From NCBI RefSeq assembly GCF_000143415.4, contig NW_003314263.1:62001-126000 (forward strand): a stretch of 64,000 bases of DNA, written 5' to 3'. Made by a program: the position numbers and the translations under genes. This document shows, piece by piece, positions 32,256 through 43,879 of the stretch. Source of the DNA: Selaginella moellendorffii (taxonomy: Eukaryota; Plantae; Lycopodiophyta). The notes beneath the pieces are model-generated. The model saw only the letters and a program-made list of their open reading frames with translations. It was not told the DNA's origin and did no database searches. The stretch's first letter is position 1, and every line of letters begins with the position of its first letter.

Positions 32256-34820
32256 ATGCGAGGAAGAACCATTCTTTCCATACCTTTGAGGTCGAGATCG
32301 ATGAAAACGGTGGGAGTTCTAGCCGTGCTGCTTGTGAGCCTCGCGAGCGTCGCCTCGGGGCGAGTCTACACCATTCCGGAGAACTGGACAGCCACCATCC
32401 AAGGCCGTGAGCTCCCCGGTTTTGGAAGCTCCGGAAGTTACATCCTGGTGAGTGCTCCAAGAGATCTTAACGGCAGCAGCGGCGAGCAAGAGTTCCTCCT
32501 GAGCGACAACGGCACCTTTGGGTTAGCTTTCCTCAACTTCAATGGAACAGGGAACTATTACCTCTCGCTGGTGATGGGAGCGACGAACGCCACCGCGGGA
32601 GCTCCAATCTGGACAGCGAATCGAAGTAAAGCTGTCAGCAACGAGTCCCGTCTCACAAAAACCGCTGGCCAGCTCAAGCTCCTCAATGGCGATCTAACCA
32701 CGGCCTGGTCTCCCTCGGACGATCAAACCATCGCGAGCATTGGCCTCGATGAAACTGGCAACATGGTGCTGTATAACTCGTCCGGAGGAGCAGTCTGGGA
32801 GTCCTTCGATCATCCAACCGATGTCTTGCTTCCGGGCCAGCGGCTAGTAACCGGACAGAGATTTGCAAGCAACTTAAACTCGTCCACCATGTCGGAAGGA
32901 GTCTTCACTGCAACCATGGAGGCACGGGCCATTGTCCTGGCTTTCAGTCCTCCTTCCCAAGAGCAGCAGCCTTACTTCCTCTGGAGCTTGGGGCTGCCGT
33001 CCACGATCGACTCGGCAAGAGTTCGCTGCCCCGGCTACGTTGCCGTGCTCCAATACACAACCGGTGGAGCTGTCAACATGGCCTACGAGCGGAGCTCCGC
33101 GGCTACCACGAGTAGTCCTTGCAATGCCCCGCTCAACGTAAGTCTCGGGTCAGGGAACAGCAAACGGCAGCTTCGTCTCGAGTCTGATGGGAACTTGATC
33201 TCGTACAAGTTGCACGAGACTGGGAACTGGGAGACCGAGTTCTTGCTCGCGCAGTTCTTCGGTCATAGAGCCTGTGATCTGCCTCTTTCCTGCGGTAGCT
33301 ATGGACTTTGCAATCAAACGGGGCCATGCGAGTGTATGGATAACCGGGCCACGAACATCACCACCGTAGCTGAGTCCGGCACCTGTGAGAGTCCCAACTG
33401 GGCCTCTCGCCTTGCAACCTGCGACACCAGGTACGAGAGTGACTTCGTTGCTCTGTCTGGAGTCCGCTATTTCACAAACCAGTACACGAGCCCCGATAGA
33501 GTTTCGTCTCCGCTCGAGGATTGCCTCGAAACGTGCCGGACGAATTGTTCCTGCTCTGCTCTCTTTTACGATGGTACCCTGAGAAACTGCTACTTCGTGA
33601 GAGATGTGTCGGGAAGCTTGACGCAAGGGCAAGCAAGTTATACGGCTTACCTCAAGTTTCAAGACCGCTCCCGGCTGGTGAAAGTAGACACTGGTTCTTC
33701 CAGCTCCAGAAAAAATATAATTGTTATCAGCACCAGCGTTACCGCGGCAACACTGGTCATCGTGTGCTCACTCCTGCTACTTACGGAGCTCAGACGAAAG
33801 CAAGATGCAGAGATTGAAAAACTCATTAGCGCTTTGAAAGGCCCTCCGCAGAGGTTCACGTACAGGAGGCTCACGGTGGCAACGAAAGCCTTCTCCAAGC
33901 ACCTTGGAACGGGAGGATTCGGCTCGGTGTATGAGGGAGTCCTGCGCGACGGGAAAAAGTTGGCAGTCAAGAAGCTCCACTCGAACAAAGGCCAGAAGCA
34001 GTTCATCGCCGAAGTCGCGTCCCTGGGAACGATAAGTCACGTAAATATAGTCAGGCTCTGTGGTTTCTGCGCCGAGCTATCACACCGCTTACTGGTTTAC
34101 GAGTTCATGCCGAATGGATCACTGGACAAGTGGATCTTTCGAAACCAAGAAGCGCCTCTCGACTGGGACCGTCGCTACAGCATCGCGCTTGGAACAGCTC
34201 GGGGACTGGCATACCTGCACGAAGAGTCAAGAGAACCGATTATTCACCTGGACATAAAACCGCAAAACATACTCTTGGACGAGAACTTCGAAGCAAAGGT
34301 CGGCGACTTTGGAATGGCGAAGTTGCTGATGAGCAGGGACGTTACCCAAGTCATAACAGGAGTCCGAGGAACACCGGGCTACTTAGCTCCAGAATGGCTG
34401 CTTAGTAACACGGCAACGAAAAAATGCGACGTCTACAGCTATGGAATGGTTCTACTAGAGCTGATTGGCGGGAGGAAGAACTTGGATCCGGCAAAGATCG
34501 ACTCGGAGCTGAGCTTCTTCTTTCCTGCCTGGGCTGTAAATGAGGTGAAACAAGGACGGCTACTCAGTGTGGTGGATCCAAAAATCCGAGATGGAGTGGA
34601 CAACCAAGGAGCTGAAAGGATGGTAAAGGTGGCTTTCTGGTGTATACAGGAAAATCCAGCGGACAGGCCTACCATGGATGCAGTGATACAAATGCTTGAA
34701 GGACGGCAAGAGATCGCAGAGCCACCGTTAATCTTTCGCTTCGCTGTGGAAGCACCTGGAATCATCAGTATCAAAGCCAGCAGCAATAGCATTGCGCTGG
34801 GATATTGCAAGTCGTCGTGA
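32256..34820 (+). CDS. G-type lectin S-domain receptor-like kinase (SD2-like); likely start 32301
   Basis: Same architecture as the divergent paralog: WESFDHPTD, GTGGFGSVY, HLDIKPQN, GTPGYLAPE. Confidence 0.95.
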   Translation: MRGRTILSIPLRSRSMKTVGVLAVLLVSLASVASGRVYTIPENWTATIQGRELPGFGSSGSYILVSAPRDLNGSSGEQEFLLSDNGTFGLAFLNFNGTGNYYLSLVMGATNATAGAPIWTANRSKAVSNESRLTKTAGQLKLLNGDLTTAWSPSDDQTIASIGLDETGNMVLYNSSGGAVWESFDHPTDVLLPGQRLVTGQRFASNLNSSTMSEGVFTATMEARAIVLAFSPPSQEQQPYFLWSLGLPSTIDSARVRCPGYVAVLQYTTGGAVNMAYERSSAATTSSPCNAPLNVSLGSGNSKRQLRLESDGNLISYKLHETGNWETEFLLAQFFGHRACDLPLSCGSYGLCNQTGPCECMDNRATNITTVAESGTCESPNWASRLATCDTRYESDFVALSGVRYFTNQYTSPDRVSSPLEDCLETCRTNCSCSALFYDGTLRNCYFVRDVSGSLTQGQASYTAYLKFQDRSRLVKVDTGSSSSRKNIIVISTSVTAATLVIVCSLLLLTELRRKQDAEIEKLISALKGPPQRFTYRRLTVATKAFSKHLGTGGFGSVYEGVLRDGKKLAVKKLHSNKGQKQFIAEVASLGTISHVNIVRLCGFCAELSHRLLVYEFMPNGSLDKWIFRNQEAPLDWDRRYSIALGTARGLAYLHEESREPIIHLDIKPQNILLDENFEAKVGDFGMAKLLMSRDVTQVITGVRGTPGYLAPEWLLSNTATKKCDVYSYGMVLLELIGGRKNLDPAKIDSELSFFFPAWAVNEVKQGRLLSVVDPKIRDGVDNQGAERMVKVAFWCIQENPADRPTMDAVIQMLEGRQEIAEPPLIFRFAVEAPGIISIKASSNSIALGYCKSS

Positions 34821-35105
34821 AAGACAAACCTTTTGGACAATGGCACAGACTTTGATAGAACTTGTTTTATCCTAATCTGTCCAAAAGTATACAATTGTTT
34901 TTACAGCCTGCAAAAGAAAAGAAGATTAGAGCACCAAATAAAACGAGCGTATCTAGCTGCCTGAGACAATCGTTTTTGAAAAAGCAATAAAAAACAGAGA
35001 GCGTACCATACTGGGAAAGTCGTGATGCCGTCGACACAGAAACACACTAAACTCTAATAGAAAAATGCGCGCTTCTTTTTTGTTCTTGTTGTATAGCTTC
35101 CAGAG

Positions 35106-37470
35106 TTAAATTCCATCCTGATCGATTTCAGGCTCGCTTCCTCTTTGAACTCCTACGCATAGAGGAGTCATTAGGCGCAAAAACACAAACAACAAAGAAC
35201 GTAACTTAGTTGATCTCGTGTGTTGCTCCCCTCCCTCAAGTCCTATCCAACAAGCATCAATGAGGATTGAGTATAACGTCTCAGACAAAAAATCTTACCT
35301 CCGAGAGCCTGCGGACTAGAGGTCCGACTTCACACTCCCCCGTCACAAGGGCAGCCACTTTGTTCCGATCGTCGCTCGCTGCGCGCAAACACACTTCGAA
35401 GTCTTGCTCGGTAGCCTCCGCTTGCGAGTCGCCTCTTGCAAGGTATAGGCAGTACAACAAGCTTTCCAGAGCCTTGGAATCCCCCGAAACTCTGGTTTGA
35501 TCATGGCACCTCTGCCAAGTCGAAATTATTCGAAGTACCTGGCCTGCCACATCTCTGCACAGTGTTATACTTGGTTTTGCCAGTCGACGCTCCACGCCAC
35601 TTCTCGTCGCATCTGTGCATTGTATACGGTTAGAGAGGAGAGAAGAAGATGAAAAAAGGCCATGGCTAGCTACCTGGAAGTTTAACCCCTGGAAAATCAG
35701 CCTTGGAGTAGTCCCGCACCACACTGTCGAAGCCAGCGTCGCCTAAGTCCGGAAAATGCCCTCAAACTCAAATCGCTTCCAGTACCGTAATTCCTGCACA
35801 ACTCATGCACACGTACCCGATAGCTTCAACTTGCTAAGAAAGAAAGTCCCACCTCCACGAGATAGACAACCAGTTTGTTGACGCCGCCATCCTCGTCACC
35901 GGCCTGGACCAGCAGCGGCTTCAAAACGTGGTAGCCTGCAGCGGTTGCACAGTAGCGTACTTCCTCCAAGAGCTCCCAGCTACAGCAGCTCGACTCGCCA
36001 GGGTCTTCCATGCTCACTGCGGCCACGAAGTTGACGAAGCTCCTGTCGCATTTCAAGCTCCGAATGCCCTCGGGAACGCTCCGCAGCCAGATGTCATATC
36101 GAGCGAGCCAGAACTTGCTCGTGAGAGAGGTGCTGGCTCCTCAAGGTCGACCGCATCTCTTGCACAAGCGACAAGTTCTTGCATGGCGGCCATCCGTTCC
36201 TGCTGTAGGCCTCGTTGATCTGTTCCACCATAAGCCGGTGCCTGAACTGGCCGCCACGGCAGCGGAGCCAAAACTGGAAGACACGGGCCATCTTTCGGAT
36301 CTCGAGATCGAGCTCCAGAATGGATGAGTGGAGATCGACTTTGGCAACGAGATCAAAGAGACTCCCCGTCCAGATATCCGTCACCGTGGCGCTGTAAGCT
36401 TCTAGGCTCTCGCTCTCCGCGGCCTTGACCTGCTGTTCAACATCCATGGTTCGTAAAAACAATGCGAGAAGTGTGAGGAAAGGGTACGTACTTTAACGAG
36501 CATTTGGATGAAAGTATAGCTCTAGGGGCGAAAACGTCCTCCCCTTGCATTACTGCCGCCATCCGGAACCGAAGCCATGCTTCTAACTGCTGGAGGCCAC
36601 GCGAGGAGAGCAGTGCAGGCGAGTTGAAACTGAGGATCAAAGACTGTCCAACATTCGTCATGGGCAACACAGGTGCGAGGCGCGGCGGCAGTGTGAGATC
36701 TAGTCCTTTCTCCTCTGCATCGTCGGACCTCACCCACGAAATTCTTGATCGCCTCCACCAGCATCTCATTCTTGGTTGCCAAGAGCCACGTATAGGAAAG
36801 CTGGCAGACAAGCTCCGTCACGTCGAAAACACTGTCTAGTTGAACCAGTGCCGCCCTTGAGCTGACGATAGATCTCGTACAAACCTGAAAGATGGAAGCC
36901 ATGCTTCAAACTTTCCCGAAAAAATCTACGTAAACACTTACGGTCATCCACCGCCTCGCTCGAAACAATGTCGGGCACACGAGAATCGAGCACGTCCTAA
37001 GAGGCAAGAATGAGAAGATGAACTAAGAGAAAAGAGAGTACCTTTTGGAGCCGGATCATCAAGCTATTGAACGCTGGCTTGTTCCAGAAACAAACGCTTG
37101 GATCCCACTCGTCAGTCGTAGCAGCATTCTCGACGTCTGCGTAGCGGCAGAGGTCCAGCGCTAGAGAAACGAAGGTTGCGCCGAAAATCTCAAATCTCTC
37201 CGTGGCGACCACTTCCCAGATATCGTAGCTCACCTTATCGAGAGTGATCCGTGTCGCGGACGATCTGGAAACGCCGAAATACTGGAGCTCGCGCACGAAA
37301 CTTGGATAGAGTGGCTCGATTCCACAGCGCCGGTAGAGAGCATGAACCGTGCGTCGCCGCAGCGGCCGCTTATCCACGACCAGAAGAGCCGGATTACATT
37401 CGCATCGATCCAGGAGAGCTTGCGCCTCTCGCGCTCGCGCAGCACCACGAAGCCCCCGTCCTCCATCGAA
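35106..37470 (-). other. Probable multi-exon or frameshifted gene of unknown function
   Basis: Chain of protein-like minus-strand ORFs (36997-37470, 36522-36902, 36094-36462, 35826-36056, 35281-35520) with short intron-like gaps. No motif recognised. Confidence 0.4.
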
Positions 37471-37601
37471 GCTTGCCCTACTAGCTAGCTTTCGAAATCC
37501 AAAGTAACAAATGCAGGCCGTTAAATGAGGTGTACGATGAGCCCGAACGGTCCAGATTTGTCGAGCATATTTCTGGTATATCCACTGAACCCTAAACGGC
37601 A

Positions 37602-39770
37602 ATGCTTCCCGCCAAATTGTTGAGCCGCGAAGAAGCCTTAGCTCTCGCCAGATCTTGCAAATCTCTGGAAGAAGCACGGGGAATTCACGCTCGATGTCAC
37701 CATCTCCTCCTCCACGATGTCTTCGTCTCCAACAAGATGATCGAGATGTACAGCCGCTGCGGCAGCGTGGAGGATTCCAAGCGAGTTTTCGACTCGATCC
37801 TGGACAGGGATTCTTTCTCCTGGGCTGTGATGATCACTGCCTACTCGAGGAACGGCGGTTCTGGCCTCGCTGACGCGGAGCTCCTGTTCGATCGGATCCC
37901 ACGCAAGGATTTGATCGCCTGGAACGCGATTCTTGCCGCATATGTCAAGAACAAAAGATTGGAGGATGCGAGTTGCGTGTTCGATTTCATGCCCCAAAGA
38001 GACACCACGTCTTGGAACCTGGTGATCACTGCCAGTGCCAAATCAGGGCAAATCGATCGAGCCAAAGCACTCTTTGATTCAATGCCGGAAACAAATCTTC
38101 TTTCTTGGACCATAGTAATTAAATATTTTGCTCTTTCGAGTGAAATTGTCCAAGCTAGAGAAATGTTTGATCGAATGCCTGCGCATGATTTAGTGGTGTG
38201 GAACATTTTGATTTTCGCATATGCCCAAGGCGGGCAAATTGATACCGCAAAGGTTCTCTTTGATTCCGCGCCCCGGCAAGATGTGGTCTCAGTGACTGCA
38301 ATGTGCGAGGCATATTCCGAGGCGGGTGAATTTGAGAAACTTACTGAGCTGGTTTTACAGGCCCCTGGCGTAGACATTGTTTTACAGACCATGGTTCTCG
38401 TGGCATTTACCCGCGCCGGGTTAATGCGAGCTGCTAAAGATACCTTCGAATCCATGCCAGAGATAGACTTGGTTTGCTGCAATGCGATTGTTTCATCGTT
38501 TTGTATGAATGGGTATTTGCAAGAAGCGAAGCGATTTCTAGAAAAGTTGCCTTGCCAAAGCCTTGATCTTCTCAATTCTTTGCTGTCTGGATATGCCCGA
38601 GAAAGGAATATTGAAAATGCCCTTTGTTTGTTCAAGAATATGCCACAACATGACCCTTGTGCTTGCACGACAGTGATAGTAATGCTAATTCACGAAGGAA
38701 AACTCACAGAAGCACAGTCTGTATTCTATAAAATGCCTCATAAGGATTTGATCTCTCTGAACACCATATTGCATGCATACGCTTCTAACGGGTATTTGTA
38801 CGAGGCCGTATCTTTGTTTGAGCAAGAAATGCCGGTTCACGACAGAGTGAGCGTGACTGCTATGATTTCTGCATTTGGCCAAGAGGGCGAAACTTCGAAA
38901 GCTAAAGAGATTTTCGATCGAATTCCACAAACTGATCTTGTTTCGTGGACGTCTTTGCTTTCATGCTACGTGCAAAACGGATGTTTGGAGAGTGCGAGGC
39001 AGATATTTGAGAGCATGACACAGAGAAACATTCTCTCCTGGAACACAATGCTTTGTGGTTATGCCCAATCTGGTCATTTGGAGGAAGCCAAGAACATGTT
39101 TATGAATATGCCTCAAAGAGATGTCGTTACATGGACAGCATTCTTGACTGTGTTTTGCAATGCCGGAGACATTGACTCTGCCTTTGAAATATTTCTGAGA
39201 ATCCCCCAAAAGGATTCTGTTTGCTGGAATGCAATGCTTACCACATATGCCCGAAACGGGCATCTAGAGGGATCAAAGAGACACTTTGATACCATGCCCA
39301 AGCACAACTTAGCTTCTTGGAGTGCATTGCTAGATGCCCACAACCACAACCACACTCCAGAATCCAGAGCTGGAGCTTTCGACACCTTCAATCAAATGGA
39401 GCTATTTTTCTTGCCAGACGAGAGGTGCTGCGTCTCGGTTCTCATTGCCTGCAGCCAGACAGGAAGGGTTTTTGCGGCAAGGTCGTGTTTCCATTCCCTC
39501 ATCTACGATTTAACTCTAGAACCCAACAGGCAGCACTTCTGCTGCATGATAGACGCTCTAGGAAGATCTGGCTATGTGGGCTGTGCCAAGGAGCTCCTCT
39601 TGAGCATGCCCTATGTGCCCAAAGCACTAGAGTGGACATGCTTCCTGGGATCTTGCCAGATGAGCCGCAATTTCCATGGATTTGGATCTTGGGCAGCAGG
39701 GTTGGTGCTAGAGAAGAACACCCAAAATGCCGCAGCCTATGTTCTTCTGGGAAACATCAAGAGTTACTGA
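37602..39770 (+). CDS. PLS-class PPR protein, S/SS-motif rich, ending in an E domain without DYW
   Basis: About 31-aa repeats (FD.MP.+D.VSW..M...YA..G), HFCCMIDALGRSG, WTCFLGSC, AAAYVLLGNI. Confidence 0.95.
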   Translation: MLPAKLLSREEALALARSCKSLEEARGIHARCHHLLLHDVFVSNKMIEMYSRCGSVEDSKRVFDSILDRDSFSWAVMITAYSRNGGSGLADAELLFDRIPRKDLIAWNAILAAYVKNKRLEDASCVFDFMPQRDTTSWNLVITASAKSGQIDRAKALFDSMPETNLLSWTIVIKYFALSSEIVQAREMFDRMPAHDLVVWNILIFAYAQGGQIDTAKVLFDSAPRQDVVSVTAMCEAYSEAGEFEKLTELVLQAPGVDIVLQTMVLVAFTRAGLMRAAKDTFESMPEIDLVCCNAIVSSFCMNGYLQEAKRFLEKLPCQSLDLLNSLLSGYARERNIENALCLFKNMPQHDPCACTTVIVMLIHEGKLTEAQSVFYKMPHKDLISLNTILHAYASNGYLYEAVSLFEQEMPVHDRVSVTAMISAFGQEGETSKAKEIFDRIPQTDLVSWTSLLSCYVQNGCLESARQIFESMTQRNILSWNTMLCGYAQSGHLEEAKNMFMNMPQRDVVTWTAFLTVFCNAGDIDSAFEIFLRIPQKDSVCWNAMLTTYARNGHLEGSKRHFDTMPKHNLASWSALLDAHNHNHTPESRAGAFDTFNQMELFFLPDERCCVSVLIACSQTGRVFAARSCFHSLIYDLTLEPNRQHFCCMIDALGRSGYVGCAKELLLSMPYVPKALEWTCFLGSCQMSRNFHGFGSWAAGLVLEKNTQNAAAYVLLGNIKSY

Positions 39771-41395
39771 TAGCAATGATCCTTCGATTTTGCGGAGGTC
39801 AGAGGCGCAAAATAGGAGACTGCCCCTTGCGTAACAATGATTTTGGGCGGGCAAGCCCTCTCACAGTGGAGAAACCGAGCATTTACCACTCATCATCCCC
39901 CAGTAAAACCAAGAAGGATCAATTATCCTAATTTCCGTGCCTCGTTTTTATACCCGACCTTGGCTCCATTATACGCCAATGCATGTGGGATATCTACGTG
40001 GCGAGGTGTGATGTATTAGGGTTTATAGCTTCTCGATTTTTCTCTCTCGTACAGATCCAGGCACAGGATCCTCACTCGGCGATATCGAATTAATTCATCT
40101 CCAGCCACGCGACGCCTCAGAAAAAACTTCTGGCGCAAAGCTCCTTATAGACACGCACTGACGGATCCAGATCCACTTCTATCTGGAGAAATTGGTGCCG
40201 AAGATCCGGCGGAAGATCATCCCATTTCCCGAAAGCCACAGATCCAAATCTCACTGTTGCCCAAGTCTCTCCAAAGACACATTTTTTTCTCGCATCATCT
40301 AAATTGGCCTGGTTTAGTCAAGGCAGAAAAAAGTAGATTCGCCGGGGCATCTCGACGTGGCGCGCGGCCGTCCACTAGCCACTCTCCTGGGCAGGGACCA
40401 CAACACGTGGCGGCACTGACGCCTCGTCAGCGCCGTGGGTGGGCTTTATCCGACCGCAGGCCTGCCACGATTGCCCTAGAGCGAGTGGCTCCAGCTCAGC
40501 GCACGTGTCCCTGCCGGGCTTGCTTTTAATTTAACTCGAGTTGGCCGGACTGAGGCTGGCGGACTGGCGCTGTTTGTGGCGGAGAACTTTACAAGGCCCA
40601 GCGAAAAGGTCTTTTCTTCCGTGAGCTGGGGAGATCTAAGGATCCAGCCACAGGAAAAAGTCGCCACAATGAAATGCCCCAGCCCCTCCTTTTTTCTTCG
40701 CTTTCAGTCAATCAATGCCGTCCGATTGATGCAAATGCCACATTAGGGCATTTTGGCGGTGCAAATGCCGCATTAGGGCATTGTGGGTGGCGGGGCGCAT
40801 TTTGTCCGTATGTTGGCAACGTCGATAGACAAGTCTGCCACCTTTGTTCCCCACCCAACGTGCCGCTGCTATCTTCTCTCTGGGAGTGTGTGTATGTGTT
40901 CAGGCCCGGGGGCAGGGCGCGGTCGGTCCGCCACCGAATTGAAAGAATGTGAGTTGTGTGTGGGCTTGCAACACCCATGCACGCACTTTTCTTCTGCGCT
41001 TTTCTAGATTAGGGTGGTGGAGGTGGGGTTGGTTTTTTTTTTTTTTTGGGCCAAAGAGCGTGTAGCATTTGAATTTTGTCGAGGCTTAGCCCACTTCTTT
41101 GACCGCTTTCCGTATTTTACCTCCAAAGTTGGGGACGGTGGCAAAGCTTGTGTGAATCTCTCCAACTTGGCCTAGTTGTTTGAATTGGCATCTGGGCTTG
41201 GGCAAGCAAAGTTGTGCCTCTGGGCTTTCTTGGTTTGTTAGAAGCATCACTTTAAGTCCAATTTTTTTATTCATTCCAGGTGGAGAAATTCTACGAAGAC
41301 GAAAGAAGGTGGCCCCAAAAGAACGAGCTGGCCCCTCCATAGCGAGAACATTATCGAGAAATATATCCCCTCCTTTCCATCCAGCCACATTTCAC

Positions 41396-41644
41396 AAATA
41401 TCTCTACGGGAGTAAAAAAGGGCTTCTAGTGTGCCTTTCGTCCTACACGTGTCTCCCGGCCAGAGCTGGACGCGTGTCCAGCCCTCCGTGGAAAAAAGCA
41501 AAAAGCGCACGCCCTGGCGGAAATCGACGGCTCCAGATGCCTACACGTCGGACGCGATACTGTACGGTTTTTCTATTATTGGGGTCGCGCGAACGGGAAG
41601 AGAATATGCCGTTGAAATATCTTTTTTATAAAGGAGAAAATATC
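41396..41644 (+). promoter_or_regulatory. Evening-element-like sites and a G-box upstream of the clock MYB gene
   Basis: AAATATCT at 41396 and 41615, AAAATATC at 41637, CACGTG at 41446. Confidence 0.45.
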
Positions 41645-42188
41645 GGACCCGTTGGTTAAGTTTTCCCGGCTGGGGAGAATCGGACGAGGGGGTAGGTACG
41701 TACGAGCGCGCAGAGAGGCTCGGGCGGCAGGGTCGGAAAAGACGGTAGCAAAGTTATACTTTTGCGGCCCGAGGACGGCCTTTTTGCACTTTATGGATTA
41801 AAACTAATCCCCAATCTTGACCGTCCTTAAAAGTAACGGACGGTGGGATAGCTACCGAAATATGAAGCACGAGATAAAGGGATTTGTTCGCACTGCTGGT
41901 GTAGTAGTAGGGTTTTGAGAGCGCTAGCGGAGAATGCCGCTGCCAATCGCCTAGGAGCGGTCGATCGAGCGTCGCGAGGTGGGAATTCTTGCTGCGGAGC
42001 GCGTAATCTTGGCGTGCGGAGGCGTTTTGCGTCTTCTTGCGGCGATTTCCATCGCAATCGGCGATCTCTTCCCATGGAGCTCCTGCACGAGCTGAATTGG
42101 AAGACGTAGCAGCTGATCGGCTGGCTCTAGAGTCTTCTTTCCAGGAATCCCACAAATTTCGCATTCTCTTCTTCCCCGCTTTCTTGCG

Positions 42189-43684
42189 ATGAGTTCGAAT
42201 CCCGCCGTGGGCCTGCAACAGGTAATGTTTATCTATCCGTGCGATCTTCGAGGAAATCGTTGCTAAAATCTGGGTTTTTGACAGGTTAGAAAGCCCTACA
42301 CTATCACCAAGCAGCGCGAGCGCTGGACCGAGGAAGAACACATTAAATTTGTGGAAGCACTACAGTTATTTGGACGAGGATGGCGTAAGATTGAAGGTAC
42401 GAGCATAAGTTTCATCACATTTCTTTGACTAAACTATGGATATATTGCAGAGCACATCGGTACAAAGACGGCTGTGCAAATCCGCAGCCACGCTCAGAAA
42501 TTCTTCTCTAAGGTGTGCTTCACAGCCTTTTGCGGAAAGTGAGAGTGGCTTTAACTCTTTCATTGCGTATAGGTGGAACGAGACAAAGGCAGTGCAGGAC
42601 AGCATATAGAAATACCACCACCACGACCAAAGCGAAAACCAAGCCATCCATATCCGAAAAAGGCCGGCGTGAACTCGTCGGACGACACGACACCGGGCTA
42701 CTTGTCAAGCACTCCTAGCTGTTTGGAAGAACACACCACAACCGCACAGGTGCTTAAAACCCGACTTTAGCTATAATCCCGCATTTCTCTTACTGACTTT
42801 GGATGGATGTTTGCGCAGTCGATCGAATGCACTGGGAAGAGTGGAGCCAGGAAAGGTCTCAAGCTGTTTGGACAAACTGTGCTTGTGGGTGAGCCATCCC
42901 CAAGCACGGATGAAGATGAGGCGCAGCAGCTAAAAGAAGTTTCATCGGGTCCAGAGGAGGAGAGTGGAGTAGAATCTGGAGCAAGCGATCTCCTGCAGAG
43001 GACAAAGTGTGGATCATCAGAGGAGACAAGGCTGCCGGCGAGTGCTAGGAACCACTCGGAGGTCTCGTCGCGTAATCAAGAGTTAGAAAACGCCGAACCG
43101 CAGCAGCAGCAGCAGCAGCACGCGCCTGTACAGCTAAAGGACCATCAAAACACGGTGAACAACCTTATCGTCTTGCACTACGCGGCGTTTCTAGCGGGTA
43201 TTCATCCTCACGTTGGTCAAGTTAATCCCTGGCAACTCCTGACTCCACAGGTGCTAAAACCACAGCACGAAATCCTCCGGTGGCACTCCATGACGGATTC
43301 TAACAGTCCCAGCGCTGTGGACAAGAGCAGCAACTGGGACGCTTCACAAAATGACAGGAAGAATGACACTGACGACGAGGTCGCGGTCCTCGAACAGAGC
43401 AAACGCAGGAGACTAAACTCCATTAACGAGGTGTGTGTCTGCAAAAGTTTCTCCTTTATTTATTTCGTGTTTGCTGATCGAATCGACAGTCGTCCATGCA
43501 GGAAAAGAGCAGCAGCTCGAGTACCACGACTTCTTTGCTTCATGGCGACGACGAAGCCGGAAGCTGTACACAAGCGTGTTCGAATTTGTCAACTCTATCT
43601 TCGCACGGCTCTCCGCGGGGAGGATTTGTCCCTTACAAACGGCCCTCCGCGGTGGACGACGCACAGCGGGGAGAGCGAAGATGA
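42189..43684 (+). CDS. CCA1/LHY/REVEILLE-family single-MYB (SHAQKF) transcription factor, ~6 exons
   Basis: [56 protein letters not shown] and C-terminal GFVPYKR; GT-AG introns in phase. Confidence 0.93.
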
Positions 43685-43879
43685 TAACATCTAAGCGGAA
43701 GAAAGCTAACTACGGTTTGTAAGCTATTGTCTACAGTGTGTTCATAGCGCTCTCACCTGGCTCTTTCTTTACCTTTCGGTAGCAGACGCTCGATCGGGAA
43801 AAAGAGAGAAAAAGAAAAGGCCGTGAAAATATATATAGGGAAGAAATCTTTCCTTCTTCGAGGCGAGTGGAAAGCTCGT

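Noticed and set aside
40117-40250. Minus-strand WDDLPPDL, F-box-like start
   Set aside because: The rest of the F-box pattern is absent and the frame closes after ~35 aa.
42807-43694. 295-aa stand-alone ORF
   Set aside because: It is an internal exon of the MYB gene plus intron read-through, and the true last exon ends at 43684.
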